DNA of 64,000 bases from Escherichia phage L27. The notes below the pieces were generated by a model. It had not been told where the DNA came from and did no database searches. It saw only the letters and a program-made list of their open reading frames with translations. The first letter of the stretch is position 1. Every line of letters begins with the position of its first letter. This document shows positions 1-9,852 of this stretch, piece by piece. A program made the position numbers and the translations under genes. The stretch is taken from sequence record LC473039.1; one strand, 5' to 3'.

Positions 1-30
1 AATAAAATCCTTAAACTAGGAGATTCAAAA

Positions 31-303
31 ATGTACACTACTAACAACGGTCGCACCTTAAACGTAACCCTACGCCACTATGTAAACGGTGTAATGCACT
101 TCGAGGATTTACAAGCTGAACAGCACATTTTGGATTGGCAACTTGCAGGATTCCAAAAAACTGCTACCGGATACGGGAAAAAGATTCCAACTAGCTGGAA
201 AGTATACTACGAAGGCCGTTTGCGTAGAATTTATCAAGATGTATACAGCAATAGCGCAACAAGTTACATCATGGTAAAAGGTAAAAAATTACACTTAGTA
301 TAA
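31..303 (+). CDS. hypothetical early protein (90 aa)
   Basis: ORF with AGGAGA RBS 8 nt upstream of ATG; first of a same-strand array of small genes. Confidence 0.6.
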   Translation: MYTTNNGRTLNVTLRHYVNGVMHFEDLQAEQHILDWQLAGFQKTATGYGKKIPTSWKVYYEGRLRRIYQDVYSNSATSYIMVKGKKLHLV

Positions 304-389
304 AGTACTTTACAAGGGGCTTATAGTTCGATAAAGTAAGCCCCAGATAAAGAGCTTTACCACTAAATCCTAAATTGGAGAACTTAAAA
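304..389 (+). promoter_or_regulatory. intergenic cassette type 1: hairpin (ggggctta...taagcccc) plus conserved leader/RBS
   Basis: near-identical copy at 1101-1185; shares 3' leader 'actaaatcctaaa(c/t)tggaga..aaaaatg' with the type 2 cassettes. Confidence 0.5.
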
Positions 390-794
390 ATGGCTATTAA
401 TAACCGTGAATTATCAATCTTAAAAGCACGTTTGACCGTTAACCGGATTAATGTTATTACGTCATCAGCACCCGATGAAACATTGCACAACATTATTGGG
501 AAGATTCAAAGTATTATCTTAGACGTTGAAAATGTAAAAAGCTCATTGGCTGACGTTGCAGCAGGTATCACGCTAGACGGCGCACAATATGAAATGTCAG
601 ACATGTTAGGCAAATCTAAGGTAATGAATAAAGAGTTAGATTTGAAAATATTCCGATTTGCTGTTAAAGTGTGGCTATCTGTCGAGTATGATGCTAACTT
701 TGCAATCGCTGACTTTTTCGCCACTTGGTTGCAGCGTAATTTGACTAATCATGACTTCCGTGATATCTGTGATGCAATTTATGCAGAACTCTAA
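390..794 (+). CDS. hypothetical early protein (134 aa)
   Basis: ATG at 390 after GGAGA RBS; track ORF 375 begins at an upstream TTG. Confidence 0.6.
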   Translation: MAINNRELSILKARLTVNRINVITSSAPDETLHNIIGKIQSIILDVENVKSSLADVAAGITLDGAQYEMSDMLGKSKVMNKELDLKIFRFAVKVWLSVEYDANFAIADFFATWLQRNLTNHDFRDICDAIYAEL

Positions 795-803
795 AAAATT
801 TTG

Positions 804-896
804 TTGACACTGGTTTTTTAGATAGATTAAATTACACATCAACGGGGAGGGAATGACCTTCCCCACTAAATAAAGTCCTAAACTGGAGATTCAAAA
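804..896 (+). promoter_or_regulatory. sigma70-like promoter (TTGACA-17-TTAAAT) followed by 5' stem-loop (ggggaggg..ccttcccc) and conserved RBS leader (type 2 cassette)
   Basis: TTGACA at 804-809; hairpin and leader repeated at 2062-2137, 2625-2700, 3222-3297, 3553-3627. Confidence 0.55.
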
Positions 897-1100
897 ATGG
901 CTATTATTAATGGTTTAACCATTGAAACTACACACATCAAAGATATCAAAGTTGGCGATATAGTCCTTTCCCACGGCGTAGAAAAAACTGTCACTGCAAA
1001 AGATATCAAAGAGGATTCTTTCATGGGTAGGACTCTCTTCGGTGATTCTTATTGCTTAGGCTATCTTGCAGTTTTAAAAGTTGTCAAAAATAACAAATAA
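897..1100 (+). CDS. hypothetical early protein (67 aa)
   Basis: ORF directly after conserved cassette. Confidence 0.55.
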   Translation: MAIINGLTIETTHIKDIKVGDIVLSHGVEKTVTAKDIKEDSFMGRTLFGDSYCLGYLAVLKVVKNNK

Positions 1101-1185
1101 AGTACTTTACAATGGGCTTACAGTTCGATAAAGTAAGCCCCAGATAAAGAGCTTTACCACTAAATCCTAAACTGGAGATTCAAAA
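1101..1185 (+). promoter_or_regulatory. intergenic cassette type 1 (second copy)
   Basis: about 90% identical to 304-389. Confidence 0.5.
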
Positions 1186-1749
1186 ATGAAATGCTATCAC
1201 GGAACTACCCTCAAAAACTTTGTAAACCTGCTGAATGGTGGCGACAAGCCGGAAGGAATCTGGAACTGCTCCTACATGGACGATTGTTTCTACGTTTACC
1301 CAATGAACAAGGTTATCAAAACGGAATGTCTGGAAGATGAGGAAGATTCTTACATCCGTGAACGCTGCATTCAAAGCGCTTTAGAGTCTGGGCTTATCAC
1401 GGCAGCTTTCCAAATGGAGACGCAGGAAGTGATTGTTATTGAAATGGATATCCCAGAGGAAGAGCTAGAGGATGATTATTCTTGTGACAACATGAGCGAA
1501 ATTGCCAGCTTTACCGGATACTTTGATAAAAATTGGATTGTTAGCATACACTCAACGAAATTTAGTGCGATGTATGCACCTTTCTTTGTACCAGATGCAA
1601 CTAACCGCAATTTAGGCTATGTTGACGATGATTTGTTAAGTATGGCGAAAATTGTACAGAATAGCGGTGATAGTTCCGTGTTTTGTGACTTGCTGGATAA
1701 AATCACGGCAAACATCACAGAACGCAATCTAAGCGACTTTTTAGGTTAA
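1186..1749 (+). CDS. hypothetical early protein (187 aa), acidic
   Basis: ORF after cassette; no recognisable motifs. Confidence 0.6.
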   Translation: MKCYHGTTLKNFVNLLNGGDKPEGIWNCSYMDDCFYVYPMNKVIKTECLEDEEDSYIRERCIQSALESGLITAAFQMETQEVIVIEMDIPEEELEDDYSCDNMSEIASFTGYFDKNWIVSIHSTKFSAMYAPFFVPDATNRNLGYVDDDLLSMAKIVQNSGDSSVFCDLLDKITANITERNLSDFLG

Positions 1750-1812
1750 TCAATACAAAGACACCAACTTCCAACTTAAGGCCCATACAGGGCCATTTAG
1801 AGGGCTTAAACC

Positions 1813-2046
1813 ATGCTTACAACCATTTATCTCATCCTTTCCATTTGTAACGGCCATTCATGCGATTTTAAAGGGCTTGAAGAGTTCACAGGAAGTAAAG
1901 AAAATGCTATTCAAGTTTGCCAGATAGCAAGACAAGACTACCCCGCCAGTGATGACATACAATGCTACTTTAAGACAGAAGATGAAGACGGCGTCTATTT
2001 TGATAGTGTCGATGGTCAGTATGAAATTATCATTGAAAAAGACTAG
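1813..2046 (+). CDS. hypothetical protein (77 aa) with hydrophobic N-terminus
   Basis: ORF; N-terminal MLTTIYLILSICNG looks like a signal or membrane segment. Confidence 0.5.
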   Translation: MLTTIYLILSICNGHSCDFKGLEEFTGSKENAIQVCQIARQDYPASDDIQCYFKTEDEDGVYFDSVDGQYEIIIEKD

Positions 2047-2061
2047 ACAAGCCTGATAAAA

Positions 2062-2137
2062 GTCTGTAAATTATCAATCAACGGGGAGGGAATGACCTTC
2101 CCCACTAAATAAAATCCTTAAACTAGGAGATTCTAAA
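2062..2137 (+). promoter_or_regulatory. type 2 cassette copy (-10-like gtaaatt, 5' hairpin, RBS)
   Basis: repeat of 827-896. Confidence 0.5.
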
Positions 2138-2479
2138 ATGGCTTATGTAACTGTAATTACCAATAAAGAAGATTCATCTTGGTCAACTCAGGTCAGCGAT
2201 AAGATGTCACCTATGCAGTGCCTAAAATACTTTGAGCAGTGGAACAAAGGCGAGGATGTAAGCCCCTTTCAAGTGATGCAAATCATCCATACGGATAACG
2301 AAGGGAATAAAACGACACTGAATAGCGAGTACTACGCAAATCGTTTTGAGAGTCGAGTTGAAACGATGAAGGGGCTGCGTGAGGCCGGATATGGGCACAT
2401 TGCCGCCTTGTTATGGGATAGCCTACTAAAAAATCAGCGTATCAGCTATGTAAAACCTGAAAAAATATTCATCAGTTAA
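2138..2479 (+). CDS. hypothetical early protein (113 aa)
   Basis: ORF after cassette. Confidence 0.6.
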   Translation: MAYVTVITNKEDSSWSTQVSDKMSPMQCLKYFEQWNKGEDVSPFQVMQIIHTDNEGNKTTLNSEYYANRFESRVETMKGLREAGYGHIAALLWDSLLKNQRISYVKPEKIFIS

Positions 2480-2506
2480 TCAATAACTTACAAAAAACTT
2501 TAAAAA

Positions 2507-2700
2507 AGTGTTGACAACTCCCCTTGACATTGGTAACTTTGTTCGAGGGGGTTTATCTAAAAGGGATTAACTTAAAAGATTCTTTATAGATAAACTTAAA
2601 AAATTGCTTGCAATCAGCTATCAAAACAAGTAAATTACTCATCAACGGGGAGGCAATAACCTCCCTACTAAATAAAGTCCTTAAACTAGGAGATTCAAAA
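2507..2700 (+). promoter_or_regulatory. tandem TTGACA promoter-like motifs plus type 2 cassette copy
   Basis: 'gttgacaactccccttgacattgg' then conserved hairpin ggggaggcaataacctccc and RBS. Confidence 0.5.
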
Positions 2701-3231
2701 ATGAACAAGTTTAAAGCTATCAACTATATTCGTTCAAATAGTGTCATGTCTAAGCCTGTTAAAGATACCTATGAATTCCGTTGCAATGGTGTACACTTTG
2801 CAACCATCACTAAATCAGAAAACGGGGCTTATTACGTTCATCGTCGTAATGTTTCGACCGTTGTAGTCTCTCACTTTATGCAAGCTGTAGCAGAATTATT
2901 ACCGTTATTCTTAGAGATTTATCTAGATGAGTGTAAAAACGTTCACAACCACGTTAAAAACCTTTTAAACGGTTATAAAATGGCTTATGAACGTTCTATC
3001 AAGTCCTTAAACAAGTTCTATAAAGCCCCTGAAAATACTGTATCAATAGCTTATGATGTAAGCGGTGAAATGGTCAGCCTCTCTAATGTAGAACAAATTA
3101 GCCTTTATGATTTACGTCCTAGCGGTTACTCTAAGACTCTTGGTGAAGGCTTATCCTTCAATATCAAGAACTTAGAAAAAACTTTAAAAGATATTGAAAA
3201 AGATATTGACGAGACAATCAAAAGTCTGTAA
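2701..3231 (+). CDS. hypothetical early protein (176 aa)
   Basis: ATG at 2701 directly after conserved RBS leader; track ORF 2608 starts upstream inside the cassette. Confidence 0.6.
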   Translation: MNKFKAINYIRSNSVMSKPVKDTYEFRCNGVHFATITKSENGAYYVHRRNVSTVVVSHFMQAVAELLPLFLEIYLDECKNVHNHVKNLLNGYKMAYERSIKSLNKFYKAPENTVSIAYDVSGEMVSLSNVEQISLYDLRPSGYSKTLGEGLSFNIKNLEKTLKDIEKDIDETIKSL

Positions 3232-3297
3232 ATTGTCAATCAACGGGGAGGCAATAACCTCCCTACTAAATAAAGTCCTTAAACTAGGAGATTCAAA
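3222..3297 (+). promoter_or_regulatory. type 2 cassette copy
   Basis: repeat. Confidence 0.5.
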
Positions 3298-3561
3298 ATG
3301 GAACACGTCGAACTGACCACAATTTTACAAATTGCAACCGACAAAGAGGATGTAGCATTATTCCACCGCATCGAAAGTGATTTGTTCAATGGTGAAATCG
3401 TTAAAGAATCTTACGAAGTTGTCGGATTCAAAGATGGTAAATCATTTGGATTCTTTGACCTCGACAAAGGCAAAGCGGTTACAAAATATGATGTTTTATC
3501 TTGTGAGATTCTGACAAAATACAACGAAAAAAGGCTTGCAACATACGCCAATATGCAGTAA
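3298..3561 (+). CDS. hypothetical early protein (87 aa)
   Basis: ORF after cassette. Confidence 0.6.
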   Translation: MEHVELTTILQIATDKEDVALFHRIESDLFNGEIVKESYEVVGFKDGKSFGFFDLDKGKAVTKYDVLSCEILTKYNEKRLATYANMQ

Positions 3562-3627
3562 ATTACTAATCAACGGGAGGCGATAACCTCCCCACTAAAT
3601 AAAACCCTTAAACTAGGAGATTCAAAA
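3553..3627 (+). promoter_or_regulatory. type 2 cassette copy
   Basis: repeat. Confidence 0.5.
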
Positions 3628-3876
3628 ATGGCAACTATCCGCGCTACTGTTAACGAGTTCGGTTTTTCCTCTCTGGATGTTAAATTTGACATTGCATGCA
3701 CTGATAACGCCTTTGAAATGGTGAAAGGTCTTATCAGTCAGACCATCAAAGATTATAATCCTTCGGATGAGTTCTGGGAGGAAACAAAACAAGAAGTTCT
3801 CAAGGATGGTTATACTTATCACTATTGGGGAGAAAAAATCGTCTCCCTGTACTACAACAAACAAGATTATAACTAA
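3628..3876 (+). CDS. hypothetical early protein (82 aa)
   Basis: ORF after cassette. Confidence 0.6.
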   Translation: MATIRATVNEFGFSSLDVKFDIACTDNAFEMVKGLISQTIKDYNPSDEFWEETKQEVLKDGYTYHYWGEKIVSLYYNKQDYN

Positions 3877-3915
3877 TCGACGCAGCGGGGCTATTTAGCC
3901 CCAGATACCTTCAAA

Positions 3916-3940
3916 GCCCCTTTTCATAGGGGCTTTTTTA
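3916..3940 (+). terminator. rho-independent terminator
   Basis: stem agcccct/aggggct followed by TTTTTT; an additional hairpin ggggctatttagcccc lies just upstream. Confidence 0.7.
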
Positions 3941-3944
3941 CGTC

Positions 3945-5610
3945 TTATCGAATCTCTATACAATCCTTTCCCTTTCCTTTCCAGAATCTTCCCACTGATT
4001 CAATAGAATCTATCTCATACCTTAAAAAGTAATAACTCTATAGCTTACTCTATAGCCCCTTATCAAATCAACTTAAATATAAGCCCATAACCCGAAAGGG
4101 AAGGGCAACCATTTAATTGGTATTGTTACCAATCCCTAAACGCTCTATAAAGCTCTATAACAGCCTTATCAACCTAACTTAAGGGATTGCATTAACTCAC
4201 CCTTAAAAGCTCTTTACAGGGCTTTATAGAGGCTTAAAAGAATCTTATAAGGGTGTAAGCTTTACCATATCGTTAGTTCCTTGTGAATATCTATAAATGG
4301 CTATGAGATAGGACTCTATCGAATCCTCTTGTTAGTGTCTTAAAAGTATGTTATAGGGACTTAAAAGTTACTTCAAAGTTACGTGAAAGAGGCTATAAAG
4401 TTACGTAAATGCTAGCCCCCTTAACATTTTCTTAACAATTTCTTAACAATCCCTACATAGTTATACTTGTTAGCCCCTTGTTAAATCTCTGTTAAGACCA
4501 TGTAAAAGCCTTGTAAGAACCTTTGACATAGCCTTAAAAGCTCCTGTAAAGCCCTATAAAGAGCTATCCATACAGTTGAGGGGTAAATACTAGGGAGAGA
4601 CTAAAAAGAACCTATAAAGAGCCTATAGAGAGCTTTTAAAAGGTATGTTTAAGGAATCACTAAGAAAGGGAAGGGAACGATAAGAAAAGAGTAGTGACCA
4701 TGTTAACAGCTTGTTAAAAAGATTAAACACTTGTTAGGAACTTGTTAATTATCTTAACAAAATAACCCTTAAAAATTAACTTCTTAGACCTTGTTAGATA
4801 TCTGTTAAGCATCTGTAAAGACTATTCAGCAACTGTTAAGAAACTGTTACACCCCTGTTAGTTCTGTTAAGAATCTGTTAAGACCTTTGAAGAGTTGTTA
4901 AAAAGGTGTTAGAACTGTTAAGAGATTGTTAATGATATTTTAAGATTTTGCAAAGTACTTGTAAGGGAGCTGTTAAGGGCTACCAAGCAGATATACATCC
5001 TAATCAGATATTTTTCAGTTCCTTCAAAGACCCTAAAAAATGACTTGATAGTCCTATTTTATAAAAATTTTAAAATTCTGAATAATTACCTATACAGTCT
5101 TTCTAAAATACAGGTAGAAACAGGCTTATAAGATACCTTGTTAGTGCCGTGTTAGACCTTGTGAGATAAGGTCTGTAAAGATATTCCTGTTAAGTTTGTT
5201 AAAACAGTCTATATAGAGGCTTAGTATTTCCTAGTGAACACCTATAGAGGGTATCATAGCTGACATAATGGGTTACTGTTAAGTAACACAGATAACCTAG
5301 AGATTAAGAGGTGTATAGGAGCTTCTAAGAGGGTATAGAGAGATGGTTAAGGTGATTGTATAGGTTGTTAAGAAGGCTTGTTAGAAGAATGTTTAGAAGG
5401 CTTATTAAAGGGCTAGTTAGAAGGGTTATACAGGGGGCTATTAAGACCACTAGATAATTACTAAGATACTATATAGTACTATATAACTGTATATATATAG
5501 AGAGTAAGATTAAGAAGGTTGTTAAGAAGGATAGATATTTTATTCACATATGATGGTGACCCAGAGGTTGGGACAACCGATAAAATTTTATAAAAAATAT
5601 AAATTTCGTA
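3945..5610. repeat. ORF-free AT-rich region dense in short degenerate words ((c/t)tgtta(a/g), ctataaag, gttagaagg)
   Basis: no ORF of 60 aa or more in any frame over about 1.7 kb; lies between convergent transcription units. Confidence 0.5.
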
Positions 5611-5620
5611 AATTTTACTC

Positions 5621-5646
5621 AATAAAAAGCCCCCAATTAAGGAGGC
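5621..5646 (-). terminator. rho-independent terminator (minus strand)
   Basis: minus-strand hairpin gcctcc/gggggc followed by TTTTTATT. Confidence 0.6.
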
Positions 5647-5658
5647 TCTTAAGATATT

Positions 5659-6207
5659 TTAAATCAGGTTTTCTAAAACTGTTTTTAGTGATGACTTGGT
5701 TGTCTGATAAAAATGAGTAAACCTATTGTTGTTATCGAATATCTGCATCATAACAGCATCTCCCTTGATTGGGTACACTCGGATATCATAGTGAAACCCA
5801 TTAAAGACAGCAGAACCATTACAGAACACACTGAAATCATCCACTGAGATATACTCTTCATGCCCTGTGATTTTTATACAGACACCTTTACTCGGTCTCT
5901 TAGGGTTGGTATCTTCCATCACAGACATGCTCTGTCCACCAAGAGATACCATCGTGACCACTTTACGGTTCTTCTGTTTAAAGTACATTTTAACTTTCTG
6001 TAAAGTGTCTTCATAGAACGGATAAGACCTCTCTACAAAGATTCCTTCTAATGGCTCTTTACCATTTTCAACTTCTCTGTTATGTCGTACTGCAAAGATA
6101 ATTTGTTCGAACCAGTCAAGATTTTCTTCGGAGAGTGCTTCTCGAATATCACTCCAGTCAAGGACTAGGTAGTTACCTTCAACTTCTTTTAAGTTATCTT
6201 TTTCCAT
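5659..6207 (-). CDS. hypothetical protein (about 183 aa)
   Basis: ORF; ATG at 6207 chosen because the track start at 6252 is a TTG that overlaps the upstream gene. Confidence 0.5.
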   Translation of the reverse strand: MEKDNLKEVEGNYLVLDWSDIREALSEENLDWFEQIIFAVRHNREVENGKEPLEGIFVERSYPFYEDTLQKVKMYFKQKNRKVVTMVSLGGQSMSVMEDTNPKRPSKGVCIKITGHEEYISVDDFSVFCNGSAVFNGFHYDIRVYPIKGDAVMMQIFDNNNRFTHFYQTTKSSLKTVLENLI

Positions 6208-6220
6208 AGCTATCACACCA

Positions 6221-6685
6221 TTATCGTAAAACTTGATAATCTGGTACTGCAAACTTGTTGTTATTGTTTTTAATGAGGTCTTCTTCTGTTACTAAGAATG
6301 TAAGACCACACAAGTGTGTATAGTGGCTATCATACTCAAATATTTTAAGTAGGTATTTACCATCATGATAAACAAACTCTACAACACCTTTTGCAACAAT
6401 CTTTCCAGTCTTGAAGTCTTTAAGGTGGTATACATTACCAACTTTAGGGACTGTTTTCACTTCAGGTTCTTTTAGTTTCTCACCAACTTCTACATCACCT
6501 AGTAAGTGAGAACTTTCAAACGCTACATATTGCATATAAGCTTCTGAGCATTCCCAGATAAAACAATGTACAAGAACCTTAGCAGCATGTCTTGAGCAAT
6601 TCAACTTATCACAAATATCTTTGTACATTTCATCTTTAGTTGAGTTGTCAAGCATTGCTTTTTGGACTACTTCTTTAATTTTCAT
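6221..6685 (-). CDS. hypothetical protein (154 aa)
   Basis: ORF in co-directional array. Confidence 0.55.
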   Translation of the reverse strand: MKIKEVVQKAMLDNSTKDEMYKDICDKLNCSRHAAKVLVHCFIWECSEAYMQYVAFESSHLLGDVEVGEKLKEPEVKTVPKVGNVYHLKDFKTGKIVAKGVVEFVYHDGKYLLKIFEYDSHYTHLCGLTFLVTEEDLIKNNNNKFAVPDYQVLR

Positions 6686-6737
6686 TTCGCTACCTTCTAA
6701 GTTTCTACAAAGGGGCTATCAAGTAACCCCTAAGTTA

Positions 6738-6962
6738 TTACTCAGACTTTTCAGTCTTCTTATCGGATTTCTTACTAGTCTTCTTCTCAGCTTTCTGCTC
6801 AGGTTCCTTCTCAGAAGTTGCCTTGATAACCATATCAAGAAGCTCTGATAAGTCGCTCTTCAGCAGAGTAACAGGCTGCTCATTGTAGAAGTTTTTGTCA
6901 AGATAAACTTTAAACTCTTCAATAGAAGGGAATCCAAAAATTGGTACAGGTGTCTTAATCAT
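6738..6962 (-). CDS. hypothetical protein (74 aa), Lys/Glu-rich C-terminus
   Basis: ORF. Confidence 0.45.
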   Translation of the reverse strand: MIKTPVPIFGFPSIEEFKVYLDKNFYNEQPVTLLKSDLSELLDMVIKATSEKEPEQKAEKKTSKKSDKKTEKSE

Positions 6963-7038
6963 TACTTAGTTTCTCCATAGGCATCTTTTAAGATTGCCTT
7001 GTTAATCATTTCAGCGATTGCAAAACGAACACATACAG

Positions 7039-7572
7039 CTATAATTGTAGGTTGCATTCTTTACTTACCTCTTCAAGTTTAACCTCAGAATCCTTAAGAC
7101 GTTTCTTATGAACTCTGAATCTCATTAGTGCGATGATGATACCAACTAAAGGGACAGCATACAAGTACCAAACATCATATACCTTTGCAGTAATCTGTGT
7201 AATGGTTAAGTCTTGAGCTATGGAACTGATTGCTGATACTGCCAGTAACATTACTAAGAAGAACGCCAATACTATAACAATACTTAGGCAGCCTCTGGCA
7301 TGGTGTTCATGCTTAATACACTTGTTCTTTTCGTCAACAACCCTGTTGTAGTCGTTTGTAAAGTCTCTGTAGAAAGCTTTCAAGTATTCTTTATTGTAGC
7401 CTTCAAAGCAACCTGTACCGTACCAATAATCACCACCAAAATGTGCTATGATACCGGTATCTCCGTTTGGTTTGGTTACTCTCAAAGAAGTATGATGACG
7501 AGTATCCTGATAATCTATCTTATATCTTTCTTCGTAAATCATTTTCCAACCCCTCTCAATCGTTTGTTCCAC
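7039..7572 (-). CDS. hypothetical membrane protein (177 aa)
   Basis: long hydrophobic stretch (LSIVIVLAFFLVMLLAVSAI...). Confidence 0.55.
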   Translation of the reverse strand: MEQTIERGWKMIYEERYKIDYQDTRHHTSLRVTKPNGDTGIIAHFGGDYWYGTGCFEGYNKEYLKAFYRDFTNDYNRVVDEKNKCIKHEHHARGCLSIVIVLAFFLVMLLAVSAISSIAQDLTITQITAKVYDVWYLYAVPLVGIIIALMRFRVHKKRLKDSEVKLEEVSKECNLQL

Positions 7573-7757
7573 TCAAGGTCAACAAGCCTTTGCAGGACTT
7601 TCCCTCTAGGTGTTACACCTTTTAAATCTGCATCATAGCAACGGTAAAAGTCACCTTCAGCGTGTTTACCATAGCATTTTCTGATATTCTGGCTTCTACG
7701 GTATTGTTCTAATAGAGACAGTCTGTAGTAATCTTCAACTGTAGTTAGTTTTTTCAT
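7539..7757 (-). CDS. hypothetical protein (72 aa)
   Basis: ORF. Confidence 0.45.
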   Translation of the reverse strand: MKKLTTVEDYYRLSLLEQYRRSQNIRKCYGKHAEGDFYRCYDADLKGVTPRGKVLQRLVDLEWNKRLRGVGK

Positions 7758-7840
7758 TCTTTCACCATGTCTCTTATCTATAAACTAAAAAGGGAACTAC
7801 CTCTCGATAGCTCCCATCATAATCAGTGTTGTATACTTGG

Positions 7841-8422
7841 TCAAGAGTGTTTTTTAGGCAGTAATGCACTGCGCTTGTTGCTCTCTTCACTCAACAGTGC
7901 AATGAAATCGTCACCTTTGCCTTTCCACGGGCTGAATGAAGGGATATGTTCACGGATAGCCTCAATCACTGTTTTAAGTGCTGTGTTCTTCATCCACCAA
8001 TCAGAATCTGCTGATGCTACCACGTAGTATCCACCGTCATCAGTTAAAATTGGCTCTGAAATACATGGTGAAATCAAAGTGGTGATGATTGAACCGTTGT
8101 TCATGTAGTATGTGCGTTTCATAACCTTTTCAAGAAGTTTGTGAAGGTCACCAAACAGTGTTACAAGTTCTTTGTGGTCAATGTCTTTTTCGAGGTTTGC
8201 TCGATACTTCAATAGAGCAGCATCAACCTCTCTGTCATTGAACTTGAAATATTGAACTTCTTCAACAAGGCAAACACTGATGTTGTTAACATTCATAGTC
8301 AACTTACAAACTTTTGCAGGAGAGTTGATACTTGGTTGAAAAAGTGCAACACACCCTTCAATGTTTCCAAAATGCTGCACTAATGTCACTTGTGGAGTGA
8401 TATTCTGTTGCTCTTCTGACAT
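7841..8422 (-). CDS. hypothetical protein (193 aa)
   Basis: ORF. Confidence 0.55.
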   Translation of the reverse strand: MSEEQQNITPQVTLVQHFGNIEGCVALFQPSINSPAKVCKLTMNVNNISVCLVEEVQYFKFNDREVDAALLKYRANLEKDIDHKELVTLFGDLHKLLEKVMKRTYYMNNGSIITTLISPCISEPILTDDGGYYVVASADSDWWMKNTALKTVIEAIREHIPSFSPWKGKGDDFIALLSEESNKRSALLPKKHS

Positions 8423-8766
8423 TACAGTTTCCTCATTAAATATTTTTTAAGTTGTGTGTTAGGTTTCTCAAAAACTTCTATAGAAGATATCTTAACAGAT
8501 TCACCACGCATACCAGTATGTTTGAATATGTAATACTCTAACATCCCTATGGACTTTGCTGGTAAGTCATACTTGACATATACCGTCACAGAATCTTCAA
8601 ACTCAACAACCTTTGTACCATCTTTGTAGTTAAACTCTTTAGGATGGTTGTAGTTGTCTATATCATACATTAAAAAGAGTCTTTTACGTTGTAAGTCAAG
8701 CTTATTTGTTAAAGACTCTTTGACATCTGAGAAGTTTTTGTACACTGTGACATGGAGCTTACTCAT
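8422..8766 (-). CDS. hypothetical protein (114 aa)
   Basis: ORF, start overlaps stop of next gene. Confidence 0.55.
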   Translation of the reverse strand: MSKLHVTVYKNFSDVKESLTNKLDLQRKRLFLMYDIDNYNHPKEFNYKDGTKVVEFEDSVTVYVKYDLPAKSIGMLEYYIFKHTGMRGESVKISSIEVFEKPNTQLKKYLMRKL

Positions 8767-9052
8767 CGTTAAACTCTCTGACGAAGAAATAGTTGACTTT
8801 GTTATTGCCTACCATAAGGTCAAAGCAGGTATTCTCAAAAGGCTTGTTGTAGGCATCATATGAAACATATGGGTCAGCTACTTGCTTAGTGCTTAACTTC
8901 TTACTTGATGGTTTTAAGAGGCCACCATACAGCTTCTTGATAGCCTCTTCTACAACAGACCAGATAATTTCGTCAGTAATTTCTTCGTACAGGTCAAGTT
9001 CACGCTCTAGTGAGAAGTCACAAATAGGGAAAACAACCTGTACTTTACTCAT
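8759..9052 (-). CDS. hypothetical protein (97 aa)
   Basis: ORF. Confidence 0.5.
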   Translation of the reverse strand: MSKVQVVFPICDFSLERELDLYEEITDEIIWSVVEEAIKKLYGGLLKPSSKKLSTKQVADPYVSYDAYNKPFENTCFDLMVGNNKVNYFFVREFNDE

Positions 9053-9447
9053 TAACGAATAACCTGTGTGACTTGAATTGCTTCGGTTACTGACAAGTCA
9101 CCCACTTTCTCTTCTTTGATAAAAGTGAAGGTGAGTTCAACAGGTTCTTGCTCTTCTTGCTCAACTGGAACACCATTAAGCTCATCAAAGATTGACTGAG
9201 TTGTCCAGTCTTCTCCACCATCTGGATAGTGGATTGCATAAAGAGGAAACTCTAAATTATACCAAGCAAAAACAGGACAACCGTCGGCATCATCTCGGCA
9301 TCTGTGGAGATATGTGTTTGTACCTTCAAAATGTAAATGAAGATTACCATTCTTCTCAAATAGAAGAGCATCTTGCAGGTCTAGCTCCTCATTTTCGCTG
9401 TAACGACTAACATCAACTTTAACGTGGATATGACTGTTATTATTCAT
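9052..9447 (-). CDS. hypothetical protein (131 aa)
   Basis: ORF. Confidence 0.55.
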   Translation of the reverse strand: MNNNSHIHVKVDVSRYSENEELDLQDALLFEKNGNLHLHFEGTNTYLHRCRDDADGCPVFAWYNLEFPLYAIHYPDGGEDWTTQSIFDELNGVPVEQEEQEPVELTFTFIKEEKVGDLSVTEAIQVTQVIR

Positions 9448-9838
9448 AAAAACCTCTCTCTGCTTGTTCGATTTTTGCTCTTAAAACTTCGCATCGTTCT
9501 ATGTGGTATCTGGCCTCATGCTCATGTGTTGCCAAAGTCCTTTCAAGAACTGTTTTATAGTAACTCGCAAGCTGCCCTCTTGTCAATGGGTGTTCTGAAA
9601 TAATATCAAGGCCACTTTCCCCTAGAGTATTAAACTGCCCGTGTTCATTTACATGGTAAGTCTCAAACTTGAACAGGCCGTTGTTAGCAGATTCAATAGG
9701 TGAGAGTTCAGCCAACTCAACAGTGAACATTGTGTGCACTCTATCACCAATTGTAACAATGTTGCTCCCAATGATTCTCACCATTGAGCCATTGCGAGTG
9801 TACTTAAAAGTCCCAAAGTCACTAGCCCAAAGTTTCAT
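9440..9838 (-). CDS. hypothetical protein (132 aa)
   Basis: ORF. Confidence 0.55.
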   Translation of the reverse strand: MKLWASDFGTFKYTRNGSMVRIIGSNIVTIGDRVHTMFTVELAELSPIESANNGLFKFETYHVNEHGQFNTLGESGLDIISEHPLTRGQLASYYKTVLERTLATHEHEARYHIERCEVLRAKIEQAERGFYE

Positions 9839-9852
9839 AGTTTTCTCCTTAG

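Noticed and set aside
3945-5610. Possible CRISPR array in the repeat-dense ORF-free region
   Set aside because: The repeats are short degenerate words at irregular spacing, with no 25-40 bp direct repeats separated by unique spacers, and there are no cas genes.
5659-6252. Track start at 6252 for the 5659 gene
   Set aside because: That start is a TTG which overlaps the upstream gene by 32 nt; the internal ATG at 6207 lies just past the upstream stop, though the call remains uncertain.
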